A DNA stretch of 64,000 nt, from the NCBI GenBank assembly GCA_951406725.2, contig OX597825.1, positions 80,662,001 through 80,726,000 of the forward strand. The letters run 5' to 3'. Positions 1 to 13,489 of this stretch are shown here, one piece after another. Origin of the DNA: Octopus vulgaris. Lineage: Eukaryota. The notes under the pieces were generated by a model that was not told the origin of the DNA, did not search any database, and was given only the letters and a program-made list of their open reading frames with translations. Position numbers and translations under genes: made by a program. Positions within the stretch are counted from its first letter, which is position 1; each line of letters starts with the position of its first letter.

Positions 1-169
1 GGTGGTATTCATCAAATTTTAGACATTATATTATGTCAATTATTTATTTATTTACTAAAATGACAATTACAACAATATACATACATATATAACAATTACA
101 ACAATATACATACATATATAACATATTATGCTTTACATATATAATATATAAAGATACCGGTAATTATTT

Positions 170-549
170 ATACAGGGCCACTAGAACATTCCATTGGAAC
201 TGGCAGGGACAAACCCTTGAAATGGTGATACAAGTTGCGGAGGAAGACATAGAAAAAACTAGTAGAGAACATCATAGTTGGAGATACAACGTTGAAAGTT
301 AGAGTAAAGGGAAGGATCCTGCGGTACTATAAATGTGGCTTGAAGGACCACATTAGAGCGGAGTACCCTCCACCACTAGAAAAGGCTATGGAGAGTGAGA
401 AAGTAGTAGGTGCTCCACAGCCAGTGGAGGAAAAGGAAAGCGATATGGCACTACAGACAAAGAAGTACCAGCATCGAGTAAGAGGAGACAAACGCCAGCT
501 GGGAGATAGCGGGGAAGATATTAGGCATATACATAAGAATTCACAATAA
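170..549 (+). mobile_element. L1/Tx1-like LINE ORF1 fragment with a degenerate zinc knuckle
   Basis: VRVKGRILRYYKCGLKDHIRAEYP resembles the V.V.GR...CxxCxxxxHxxxxCP gag-like knuckle. Confidence 0.55.
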
Positions 550-555
550 ATACAC

Positions 556-2320
556 ACCTACTAGTCGGTTATTTGCGCTGAATCAGACGCTCCCATAAAA
601 ATGTCGAAACAGTTATGGGCATCTTTTCTCGCCCATAACTTATCATCTAAATTTATAACCGACCAGCGGGCTTCAAAATTGCATTGATTTCCTTAGCGCT
701 AATAGATGTATATTTCTTAGCAAATATCAAGGCGCTATTTATACTAGAGCAATAATTGTCAATAGCTATTTGTAGGAATTTATGTTTACATTTGTTATTT
801 ATATTCGAGAACCATTTAATGGTATTCTGAGTATTTGAGCATAATGGTAGTTTGATCTTATTTTTCAAGATCGGTATAGATTTATCTAAAATTATTTTGC
901 TAAGTTTACATAAATCAGATTTATTAGGACAGATTAATCTAACCCTTGTATCAATATGAAAATTCTCCTTCTGATCCTTAATTGTAATCCATGGTCTACT
1001 AGGTATTAATGGTTCTGTTTTATCCTCTATATTATAATTTTCCATAATTTTTTAGCCTCTTGATTAATCCGTCTAAGGGTACTATTAGGAGCTACCGTGT
1101 ATTATTTTGTAATTTCTTTGTACAATAAATTATGGTATAAATTAATATCCATCTTATATAAGTTCCTTGTTTTATCTGAATTAACATTAACTCCTTTTAT
1201 ATTTTTCAGTTCATGTGTTTTTTTAGCTTCCTTTGGTCTTGGTCGTTCCGCAATGGATGTTTCTTAAATTTTAATTTTTAAAAATTTATTATAGTCAATA
1301 GTTCTTGTTCAAATGTTTCGAGGTGGTTATTATGTAATGGCGTCTTCCTGGTTTCAAATACTCCAGCGATATAATCCATGTAAATATCCTTATTGCTATT
1401 AGTGGTATCCATTTGGTCTTTATCATAATATAAAGTTCTTCATCTTAGTCTATGTGTGGAGTCAGTTATTTTGGCAATCAGTTCTTTCATATAGACTTTT
1501 TTTGTGGTATTGGTATGTCTTTCAGAAATGTGTCAATTGTTATATTTTCCATTATCCAGTATTATTCCATATAAAACAGATATATTTACTGATACTAAAG
1601 CAATGAGTAAATAATCATAATTAATTAAAATAACAGTTTAGCTTGGTGTAAAATACACCTAAGGAATATTAAATATCCGAAGAATTTACTGGTTTATATT
1701 GCCTATATCAATAACAACGTTACTTCTATAGGTAAGCAAAAAAGAAAACATAGCTTATCACTCTCTATATAAAGCTGAAGTTGTCTGTGTATGGCAGGTT
1801 TTGTAGCCTTCAACTAACACTATCTTCTCCGAGACCCTGCGGCGCAAGTTGACCAAAATTGAGAGTATGATAGAAGAAGGCTTGCTCTTCTTTCCGTAGA
1901 AGAAAAAAATTCAAATCGGACCATATTAATACCAAAAATTATTTACATCAAAAAGGTGCTTTTTTTCTATGAAAATCCCTATTTTTAACGATTTTTTGAC
2001 TGTTGTGTCGCCATTTTTCGGTGTATTTCAACCAGAAAATGTTCACTTAAAGAGAATAACAAGCTACATAATTCAAAATTTTTACTTTACAAAAATTCCA
2101 ATTCTAAAGAGTCAAAACAAACCCGAGCAACGCCGGGCGATACTGCTAGTTAATATATGAATATAAATCAGAACTGGAAAACCAAAACAATAAATTAAAG
2201 AATTATAAATTCAATTCAAATATTTTATTCAAGCAAATGACACATCTCATAAATGACAGCTGTTTCCACTTCATACATAAAAGGAAGTTTTTCCAGAATA
2301 ATCAAATCCGTTTAAATATG
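556..2320 (-). mobile_element. Penelope-like element 5' part (N-terminus plus RT, degenerate), interrupted by a Helitron
   Basis: Minus strand from about 1552 reads LKDIPIPQKK..YMKELIAK..HRLR; later NTQNTIKWFSNINNK..KFLQIAIDNY and MGASDSAQITD RT motifs; decayed hammerhead tail GAAACAGCTGTC at 2266-2255. Confidence 0.8.
1758..2149 (+). mobile_element. Non-autonomous Helitron
   Basis: A|TC 5' end, subterminal hairpin CCCGAGCAACGCCGGG (2122-2137), CTAG|T 3' end, no TSD; same 3' end as the copies at 23433 and 47323. Confidence 0.85.
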
Positions 2321-2415
2321 TAATGTATATATAGATATATGTATATAGTTATATATATATATATATATGTATACACATATATGTACACACACACACACAC
2401 ACACACACACATACT

Positions 2416-4160
2416 AATAAATGAAGTTAAACGCAGGTGTTATTCAAATTCTTTTACTCCGACGCACGTTTCGGAGACAATGCTGGTATTATTCCAAAGG
2501 AATAAAATGGTGTAAAACAATGTAATCTTCTCTTCAGGAAAATAAAGAAATAAAACAAACTCGTCAAGAAGACATTTTAACAGAATATGATGGATATGTA
2601 TAATGATGAACGGAACGCTATTAAGCTTTATTTTTAAACGTTAGGGGATATAACGTCAAAGGTAGCCTATAGAAAGAGGAGGGGTAAAGGAAAGAAGAAT
2701 GCAGAAACCAAATAAATGAGAAATATAGAACGATATGTGAATTAAATAAAGGCTTAAAGTCTTGGAAAAAATATATCTAGTGGAAGTGAAATCTAAGAAG
2801 AAAATCCATGTTCAAATTATATATAACGATAGATATCACTTATATGAACTAAAGGTATGTTTCTGCCAATGTTTACATCGATAAGCATGCTCTATAAACG
2901 TGTTTATAAGGGGATTTTTTAGAAAAAAGAATAAAAAATAGCTCACAATACAGAGTTGACAAAATCCTTTCCTTTATCATATAGGAATGAAATGGAGAGA
3001 ATCAACCAATCTACGTTAAATTGTTTTTCATGGTCTTTTAGATACCAAATTAATTTACTAAGCCCTGTACCGTTACGTTTATTACTATACCTAAATGTAA
3101 AGTAATGATTAGTATTTCTTTTAGCTAACTGAGAAGAACTTCCTATAAAAAAAGACATCGGTACCTGAAGTAATTTTACACTGGTATATAGAGTTTCTAA
3201 TCTTAGAATTACTAGACATAAACTTAATGCTGTTGGAATTGATTCCAGAGACAATAACCTTGTTAATATTTTTAGTGGGATGGTTGGTATTAGCTAAATT
3301 AATGTTAATATTAGTAAATGGATTCTTATTTGACAGACTAATATTATGTGAAAAGATAATTTGTAAGAGATTTTTTGTGTTGGAAAAACCAATCCTAACT
3401 TTGTGCGAGTTGATAATAGAGTAATACCTAGAATTCTTTGGAAAATTCCTAATAATAGCTTCCCGAAACTGGAAAGGAAGATTAGATTTAATTTGCCTCC
3501 CATAAGGAATAATCAACCAAACAGTTTTGCTATTAGTTGCCTTATTTTTAGTGTAACTATCTTTAAAATACATCAATTTACCTTTAGAATGAAAAAGGGG
3601 TTTAAATAACGGTTATCTCCCTTCCTCTGGTGTTGGCGTATAAATTAAAATTGATATCGTTTATATCCTTACAACTAGATTTCATGTCTCCATTACTAGA
3701 GGTAGAATAAGATTGGATGGAATTGATGTAAGCACCTTTATCTATAATACCTGCTTTAAGTAAGGTAGAGTTACAAAATTCAGCCTTGTAACTCTATGTC
3801 AACATTAGCAGATAACTTAGACAATCTGAATGAAATATTCTTAACTAAGCTCTTAGTGATTATTTTATTTCTTTATTTCCCCGAAGAGAAGATTACATTG
3901 TTTTTCACCATTTCATTCCTTTGGAATAATACCAATATTGTTTTCGAAACATGTGTCGGATGCAAAAGAATTTGAATAACATCTGCATTTAACTCCATTT
4001 ATTTATATATATTATACAAAATATTTCACATAAACCCAGAGTTTCTACCTTCAAAAACAAGGTGTTACGCCCTTATTACTTGTTTGATTTTTTGCTGCCA
4101 TTTTTATCTATTTTTTTCCGTGCTAATTGTAAACAAGGGAAAAATACACACATCTATTTA
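2416..4160 (-). mobile_element. Penelope-like element 3' part (GIY-YIG) with an inverted terminal repeat carrying hammerhead motifs
   Basis: Frameshifted ORFs 3576-2943 (VWLIIPY, IYQCKI, FIGSSS..KRNTNH, TGLSKLIWYLKD); 2416-2555 is inverted against about 3862-4004. Confidence 0.8.
2461..2537 (-). ncRNA. Hammerhead ribozyme motif (PLE terminal repeat, long stem II)
   Basis: CTGAAGA...GAAACGTGCGTC; the inverted copy at 3881-3957 (+) has CCGAAGA. Confidence 0.55.
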
Positions 4161-4162
4161 TT

Positions 4163-4586
4163 AATTTCCAGTAACGCTGCCGTAATCTCTTTTAGAGAGA
4201 CTTAGTAATTTTAATATTTCTATTATTGAAAACAAGTGGATGTATTCCACCGAAACTAGGTAAATAGATTCTTCGAACAGGGACAGTCAGAAGCGACACC
4301 TGCTGGGTCTGACTACGCTGCATTGATAAAGGGCAACTACCCTGAAACGCGTCTGCAGTTGTCTGACTAGCAGGATGAAGCGGCTGACCTCCCCTGTTCG
4401 AAAGTCTATAATGGACGCAGATTGTGTGTCAAATAGCTAGCTTGAGGCGGTGGCCTCTTGGAGCTAATCATCGACAGCTTTAGTCTTATATTTATAAGAT
4501 TGCCATATTAGTATGGCGATAACTATCAATTTCCAGTAACGCTGCCGTAATCTCTTTTAGAGAGACTTTTTTAATATTTCTATTAT
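4163..4586 (+). mobile_element. Retrozyme-like / non-autonomous PLE-type unit with terminal direct repeats
   Basis: About 60-bp direct repeat at 4163-4226 and 4528-4586 (period 365) around the hammerhead hairpin. Confidence 0.55.
4317..4359 (+). ncRNA. Minimal type-I hammerhead ribozyme, U3:A8 variant
   Basis: GCTGCA-TTGATAA-AGGG caacta CCCT-GAAA-CGC-GTC-TGCAGT: stem I, stem II and palindromic stem III (ACGCGT). Confidence 0.7.
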
Positions 4587-4633
4587 ATGTATATATATTT
4601 ACATATATATATATGTATATATACATGTATGTA

Positions 4634-4671
<38 letters not shown>

Positions 4672-5115
4672 CATATATGCATGTATATATATGTATGTAT
4701 ATATTCGTGTATATATGCATGTATATATGTGTGTACGCATAAATACGTATAAATATATATGTATATATATTTGTATTTATATATATGTATGTGTATGTTG
4801 TTGTATTTAGGATTGGTCATTTTGTATGTATATAAATGTATATATACTTGAATATATATATATTTTCATACGTGTCTATATATACGTATATATGTATACG
4901 TATATATGTATATGTGTATATATGCATATGTATACGTGTATATATATGTATACATATATATACGTGCATATATATAAGCGTATATGTAATTGTATATATA
5001 TATATACTAGCATTATGACCCATTGTTTCCGGGTCATAGTGCTAGTGCATGTATATATGTATATATATATGTGTACATATTACATGTACATCTATATATA
5101 TATATATATACATCT
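4587..5115. repeat. Degenerate (TA)n/(TATG)n microsatellite
   Basis: Direct inspection. Confidence 0.9.
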
Positions 5116-5958
5116 ACACATAAAATACAAAGTACAAAGTTATATCTTGATATCGCTAGTGATATAAAATATCACTCAAAATATATAACAGACTGGAATT
5201 GTAGGTCCGTCTCTTGTAATTTCGATCAATTGTATCTTGTCCTCCCTCTTGTATAGAAGTGTGGCTACAATCCAGTCTACCTCTACTTGGGGTAGGGGGC
5301 ATTTTTAATTTTTATCCGGGACGTCCTACGTCCCAGATATAAAGGTAAAAATAAAATATTTCCACTTTGCAAGTTCGAGTCGAGTACTCCCTTGCACGCT
5401 CCGTTGACCCGAACCTTGCTTCTATTGTGGCGAATTTACCGCCTCTGGTTAGATATCTTTCATAGTCGCACCAAGGCACTTTTCGAAGGTGCTTTCCTCC
5501 AGGTGTTCAAATCTGGACTATTCCATTTCTGCACACTAATTTTATTTTAATTTATTCCCATTCATGTGAAACCACTTATTCAAGTTCAAGTCATTGATGC
5601 AATTTATACCAATTGCTATTTTTACTTTTGTTTTGTTACGATTTAATTATTATATTATACTTTAGTTTGGTTTTAATTATTACTTACTACATATAACTCA
5701 ATTGTTATTATTATCTCTAATTTTTATTGTTAAAGTGAAATATCTGACATAAAATAGAGAAATGTTTTTGTTTCATTTTTAACACGTAATACTGAAATAG
5801 TAGAGAAGATATGATATTGCTATGGGCTCGCCCTAAGCAAGAAACTACATGGACCCTAAGTAAAGCATGTGTAAAATTTGAATGAAATTGGTTGTGTAGT
5901 TCTCAAGTTTTAGGGAAACACACAGACAGACAGACAGACATACACACATTCTCAGTTT

Positions 5959-6017
<59 letters not shown>

Positions 6018-6605
6018 TTGACAAGTTTCTGCTCAGCTTCTGCCCGCCACATTTCACTCTCAATGAATTATTTCACCGAAGTCGCTGATTGAGTTGGAAG
6101 AATAGTCAACAAGCTTTCTTCTGGACATTTGTTCTTTATCAAGTGTAAATCGAACTCAGTACCAAAATGAATTTATTAATCGCACAGCCATACTTGCATC
6201 TATGAAAATATTTCGCATTGTACAAAAAGGAGAGAAGTGAAACTTGTTTTAGCATTATTACAATTATACAGACCACGCACACATGCACCTATACGTAGAA
6301 ACATAACACAATAGACTTATTTTCGCTAGGTCCACGACCTATCTAATCAAAAAAACAAGCTACAGGTGTTTCACACCTTGCATATACACATAAACACTGA
6401 CAAGCACAGACGGTCTTGCCCTATGATACACATATACACACACATCCACACGTAATCACCAACAGCAACAGTTAACCGAAGTGGTAGAAAGGTGACAAGA
6501 AGAAGCGAAGGAAAAGATCCTGTTTATTTCGAGTGACCTGGTTAACAGGTGTGTGTGTATGAGCAGGTGAAGGCCGAAAGTATGTGTGTATACGTATATA
6601 CTAAT

Positions 6606-6655
<50 letters not shown>

Positions 6656-6864
6656 GCACACACAGAAGCTATATTTTGATGAGTGGTCGTTTCCTGTGAG
6701 CTAATAAAACGTTACCTCCGGCCAGACACACGTACGCGTTAGGAAATAAAAGCAGCACATTTCGAACAGTAAAAAAATGATCGTGGGTTCGGTTCCGTGT
6801 CAGCGGCTCATACACATATGTAGCTTGTGTGTGTGCATAAATGTGTATATGTATCTCTGTGTAT

Positions 6865-6926
<62 letters not shown>

Positions 6927-7089
6927 TACGTTTGTTGCATTGTAGTTTTTGTGGTTTTAGAGCGATGGCTCTGTTTATAGCAAATGGTATTTCGATAATC
7001 TACTGAATTTTGTTTATATTTTACCTATAAAGCCACTTCATTGTTATCATTATTATTATTATTATCATTGTTAATAATGATAATGATGT

Positions 7090-7094
7090 ATATA

Positions 7095-7142
<48 letters not shown>

Positions 7143-7189
7143 GTATATAATGTATATCTATATCTACAATGTGGATATATATATATATA

Positions 7190-7231
<42 letters not shown>

Positions 7232-7368
7232 TATATATAATGTATAGATATATAGTGTATATATAATGTATAGATATATAGTGTATATATATAACGTGTT
7301 TATATATGTGTGTATATATGTAATGTATATATATATAATGTATATATGATGTATATACATATATACAT

Positions 7369-7422
<54 letters not shown>
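7090..7422. repeat. (TA)n-rich microsatellite
   Basis: Direct inspection. Confidence 0.9.
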
Positions 7423-7424
<2 letters not shown>

Positions 7425-7479
7425 GGGTATATTACTGCATATCTCTGCAGCTTTCGCTCCGGGGAGTGGAGTCTTAGCT

Positions 7480-8208
7480 GTTTCAGCCTTTCTCAGTAGC
7501 TGAGCTGTTGTAGTGAGACGCTCTTCTTTGCGAAGCTTTGCTTATTGCATCAAAGTCCGCTGTAAATTTTATACTGTGAGGTGACCATAGTCGGGAGCAG
7601 TAGCCCAGGCGGCTGAGGACGAATGTTCTTCCGAGGACCATCATGTTTTCCTTCTCTCTGGTTCTGAAGCTTCACAGGATGTAACCAGCCTTCCGTTTGC
7701 ACTTTGACGCCATTTTGGTAATGTGCATTTGGAAAGGGGTATCATCACTCATGTCGAAACCCAGGTCCAGCACTGATTTAAGTTCTAGGATTGTAATCCC
7801 AGTGGACCAATGTACCCTGTAAGATTTACCTTCAGTTTGGAGTGCCGGTAGTGCAAGGCTTGGAATTTACTAGCATTAAACAGCATATTATTGTTCTCAG
7901 CCTATCTGTAAATTGAGTCCGGGCAGCTGAGAGCATATCTGAGGGGGCCACTTTGAAAAGCAGTGTCCTAAGACAGTGCTCTGTGGAACACCACTCACTA
8001 TTTGAGTTTTCTTTGAGATGGCTTCATTGGCCACCGCCGCCTGACTTCTCTCTTTCAGAAAGTCATGTAACCACTCTCCAACTTTTCCAGCTATGCCAGA
8101 ATCACGCAGTCTGTGGCATATCATACCATGCTCAACTTTATCAAAAGCTTTTGCAAGGTCAAGGTATATTACGTTCACATTTGAGTTGTCAAGTAACTGA
8201 GTTTCCAT
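7480..8208 (-). mobile_element. CR1/jockey-group LINE RT fragment
   Basis: VIYLDLAKAFDKVEHG...VSGVPQSTVLG, followed by MLFNASKFQ and a DLGFDMS thumb region. Confidence 0.85.
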
Positions 8209-8511
8209 GAGTACTGTATGTTTGTGTTGTTATAATTGTCCTGGTGGTGTGTGTGTGTGTGAACAACTGTATGTGTATGCGAGGGTGAATATGTATGTGT
8301 GTGTAGGTTTATGTGGGTGTGTATGTGTGTGTGAGTGTGTTGTATTTATCAGGGACCCCACCACAAGACAGATACCATTTAGTGGTTACTTAGATAAACA
8401 CAGATAAATAAGGAAAATAATCTTATTCAAAAATACAGACCACAACTCAACACAACTCTAACATACTCCCAGGTACACACCCACAACAACCACATAGAGA
8501 AACACATACAG

Positions 8512-8548
<37 letters not shown>

Positions 8549-9197
8549 TACAATGCAAACCTCTCACACAATCACACACACATACATATTCACACGCACA
8601 AACACAATATCTCCACACTAGAGCACAAACCAACATACATTCCAAGAAAAACCACACACACATATATATATGCACTTGCAATACGATTCGAGCAACCGTA
8701 ACCAACACTCACTTGCGTAAACACGTACATGCACACACCTACACACGCCACCCTGACAATTACAAATCACACTCACACAAACACACCCACACATACACAG
8801 ATACACGCACAAACACGCAAATACAACACAACTCCCCACAAACACAATATGGCCGTCCCTCGGTAAAAAATCACGCACACTCAAAAGAAAAAAAACATAC
8901 AAATATATACACACAATACAATCACAACAACCGCAACAAACACTCACAAACACACAGACATACACACACACATACACACAAGCATGCACACATACACAAT
9001 AACACACACCTCCCTGACAAATACAGGACACATAGACACACTCGCACAAACACACCCACACGTATACACACACTACACTAACAATACAAACAAAACAAAC
9101 TACTCACAAATACAGTACACACACACATGTGCACACACACACACGTGCACACACATACACATGTGCACACACTCCCGGAAACTACATAAACCATACC

Positions 9198-9230
<33 letters not shown>

Positions 9231-9720
9231 GCATACTCTGTACCAACATGCGTAGAACGTATACGCACACATACATACCACCCGGATAAGCGCAACACAT
9301 GGACGCACACAGAACCCCTGATAAATACACCACACTCACATACACACATACACACTCACACATACCAACACACACACATATATATGCATCCTCACACACA
9401 CATACAGTTGCTCACATACACACACACACACACCACCAGGACAATTATAACAACACAAACGTACTCAGAGACACACACACACTCACGTACACACACATAA
9501 CATCCTCACCAACACAAAACACACAAACATACACACGCACACACACTCACGCGCACATACACACATGCGAACAAATACATACACACACATGCGCACATAC
9601 AGCACCCTGACAACTACAAATCACACACACACACACACACACACAAACGCACACACATATACATAGACCATCCTGCCAAATATAAACACACACACATACA
9701 CAGACCCATATACACTAATG
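8209..9720. repeat. Complex CA-rich low-complexity tract with an internal inversion
   Basis: (CA)-rich with recurrent CCCTGACAA motifs; 8209-8354 is an inverted copy of 9316-9466. Confidence 0.8.
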
Positions 9721-10084
9721 ACACTCAGATAATTCTCAGAGAATTTTGATAAAATCATTTCAATATCCTGAATTGAGTTAATCGCATTGATAATGCATGG
9801 AACCAAGTGAGTTACAGAACCATGAATTGAGCCTGGAGGAAACTTTGGCCAGACTTTGTACCAGAACGAGACTTTGAAGAGGTTTGAGACAGCTACAAGT
9901 ACAGCTGTTGTCGAGGAAATTGCTATTGTTGATGATAGTGTCTCTACGGGAAAAACTATGGGCTTGGGTGTCCGTAATGCTATAGATCCGTAATGCATCT
10001 TACGGCTGTGCCGGTCACCTGCATGGTGAAGAATTCTACATTGGGGAGTGGTAACGACTAGGATAGGGTAGCTGACTGCTTATT

Positions 10085-10620
10085 TATCGTCTAGTAAGGA
10101 TATTTTTGACAAAAATTCCGACTATTACAATGTGACACTTAGTAAAGCTGGATACAAATAAAAATTGAAATATTATCCTCAAAATATGGGCGTCGGCACT
10201 TCCAATATCATAGATGTTTCCTATATTAGTAATGATTTTAAACAAATAGTCAGGAATATGGATAAGCACAAGATAGGTAAGGATGAATGTCCAAATGTAG
10301 GAAATGATATACAAAATATGAGAACCAATGTATTACTTCAGTCTTCTAATCGTGTTCATACTATCAGGAATAACGAGATAAAAAAAAAAAAACCCCTTAC
10401 ATATTCAATAATGCTCGAAAATTGGAAAATTATAATGCATCTCCTGGTAAAAACGACATTGTTTGGTTCATAATTCCATTCGCTAAGAAAATTAAGGGTA
10501 ATTAGATTGGAACCTTAAACAAACTTTTTTATAAACACTTTACAAAGGAAAATAGATATTGTGATGTTATTAACCCTAAGCTTCTTAGAATTGGTTATTC
10601 CGTATCTAATAATTTATTCG
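10085..10620 (+). mobile_element. Degenerate Penelope-like fragment
   Basis: KNDIVWFIIPFAKKIKGN and FTKENRYCDVINPKLLRIGYSVSNNL align by eye to the PLE ORF at 3121-3576. Confidence 0.6.
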
Positions 10621-11399
10621 GGACTTAGTACGAGTTTAGTAAGACCTCCTTAACGGGGGCTTACTCCCACAATTTAGTCAGTTTTTGCTAAGCCAAGACG
10701 AATACAATTACAGCCTTGGAAGCTGTAGAGTCACCCGAGGATAGAATATGTGCGTTATTTGTAATTCAATGGTACAACAGTGTAAGAGCTTGCTTTGAGA
10801 TATACTTAGATTGTGATTTTTGCTATGTGGTACATAAACTGTCAAGTAAAGGAGAGGCATCTTTGCCTCCACTGATTCAGTTGCAGAGTGTTATTTCGAG
10901 TAAAGTTATTTGGTTGCAGACCTCCTTTGAATCTTTTTACTATCACTGGGTCAGAGATAGTCCTCAGATGGTAACATTGATTTCAAGGCCTTTCCAGGTA
11001 AGTGATTGGTCATTCAAAGAGATTTATAGATTGCAAATTTATTTTGTTCAGTTACCTGTCGCCATAGTGATCACTGGCGAACTCCAGAGGTGACACTTCC
11101 ATTTCCCCTTAGCTCTCACGTCACACAGTTGTTAATGCTCATTTGAGTTGAGTCACACCCTTCCAATTGTTATAGATTCGTAATGCATCTTTACAGCTAT
11201 GCCGGTCATCTGTATGGTGAAAATTCCTACAATGCGGAGTGGTAACAACTAGGGTAGGGTAGCTGACTGCTTATTGTGATCATTCGTCTTTTGGTTTCTT
11301 CTAGCTTTGTTCTCTTTTACAAACCCAGTGAACAGTCATGCATTTCCGATTTCAAAGAAATTTGAACAATAGATATAAGACGTAAGTTAGAAAACACTC

Positions 11400-11760
11400 C
11401 CAACAATTCAACTTCTCTGGCTGATTTTAAGATCCCCCACCAATAGGCTCCTTAACTCCCACATTTTAGAGCTCCATGTCCTCCATCTGCTCCATTTTTC
11501 TGAAGCAAAAACATTTGAATGATTTTATAAGATTTGGATTTTGGAATCTGGGTATAAAGATGAGTAGAATACGATAGATATGTAATGATTAGAATTTTTG
11601 TTAGGGTATGTAAAGAGGGAAAGAACCCCCATTAAAATTCTTAATCTCCAATTTTGATGAAATTCGAATCATAGCTATTCCAGTTCATTATAGAAAATAT
11701 AAAAGAAAAGTAATTCTTCAATTCTGTGCGACATGGGCAACGCCGGGTTTCTCTGTTGGT
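11400..11760 (+). mobile_element. Old non-autonomous Helitron remnant
   Basis: ccttaactccccacatttt internal motif and decayed 3' end catgggcaacgccgggtttctctgttggt. Confidence 0.45.
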
Positions 11761-12164
11761 ATAACACATTACTTAAATAGTGCCTAGGGACATTATGTCT
11801 TCTACACGTGGCAACGTATTGGTATTTTACCATAAATTTAGTTAAGCACGTTTCTCATAAATGTATCGTTGAAATTCTTATAATAATTTATAAAACTAAA
11901 TTACTATCTTCATAGTAATTACAACTTTAGTACATTTAGTTTTTATATAAGTTATCTATAAATAGTACCTGGTAATATTTAGATTTTGCTTTTTTTTTTA
12001 CAAAGTTTATATTGACCGTTGATTTACGCACAAATATTGATGACGCAACACCATTATATGGTAATTAACTAGCAGTTTTGATAGTCATATTTTTGTATTG
12101 TCTTCATAACTATTTGATGACTGTTATCCTCCTCTCCCTCTTTCTTCCTCACTAGCTTTAATCT

Positions 12165-12199
<35 letters not shown>

Positions 12200-12297
12200 A
12201 TTCTCCCTATAACAGCTATTCCGCCCTAACTACCACACCACACCACCACCAATAAAAACGATCATGCATTACATATGCACGCGCACAAATATATCAA

Positions 12298-12337
<40 letters not shown>

Positions 12338-12495
12338 ACAATGGTTTTTTTTAAACAACGCACATATCTGAGTCAGTGGTAGGTCAACATTTTAAAATGT
12401 AACTCACCTTTTGGGAAAATTCTTTCCTGATGAAATACTTAATTAACCAGTTTTTCCATTTTTCTGCTTTTTCTCATTCATAGATATTTTAAATA

Positions 12496-12560
<65 letters not shown>

Positions 12561-12565
<5 letters not shown>

Positions 12566-13234
12566 ACAAAATTAGAGAATGGAGAAACATACTTAAATCA
12601 GTAAAACATCAACTATCCGATGATACTCAATCCATACTTTAATACACCATTACATATGAGTAAAGGCAATATATAAAATGAAATGAGATATACAGTAATA
12701 GTAAAAGTAAAAAGATAAAGAGATATAAGTAAAAAATTTTAAATATAATATGCAAATAAATCAAAACTGACAGCTGTTTCGGCAGTGAGGACAGTCATAC
12801 CTCATTTAACCTATAAGCCATAAAGGCAGGTATAAATGAGGCATTAACAAGGATGCCCCACGGCCTCTTCAGAGAATTAAATTGAATTTGTTATAATAGT
12901 GAAAAATATTATATAATCATATACATATAAATATAAAAATATAAAAATGTAAAATATAAAAACTTATACATCATAATGCTACACTTATATAATATAATAT
13001 AATACACATTTGTACAAAAAGGAAGGTAAACAGAACAAAATAAAACAAAATATATAACAGTGTATATATTAATATTAATAAGTACCGATATTATACATAT
13101 TTGGCTAATAGTTTTTTTTATAAAAAAAAAAAAAAAAAAAAGGGCTAACACAAATGGAGATGAAAAATAATAATTAAATCCGTGGTACAGTTCATAAAAT
13201 TCTAAAGCTATAAAAGTTAATAAAAATTACTATA

Positions 13235-13292
<58 letters not shown>

Positions 13293-13400
13293 TAATAAAA
13301 ATAGATACAGTTAAGTTATCACCAAGTCCATCCTTTCAAGATCGAAATAACATCTTGAAAGGATGGACTTGGTGATAACTTAACTGTATCTATTTTATTA

Positions 13401-13489
<89 letters not shown>

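Noticed and set aside
5445-5535. Hammerhead-like half on the minus strand (ATAGTC...GACTAT GAAA GATATC TA)
   Set aside because: No recognisable CUGANGA-type core and no stem I.
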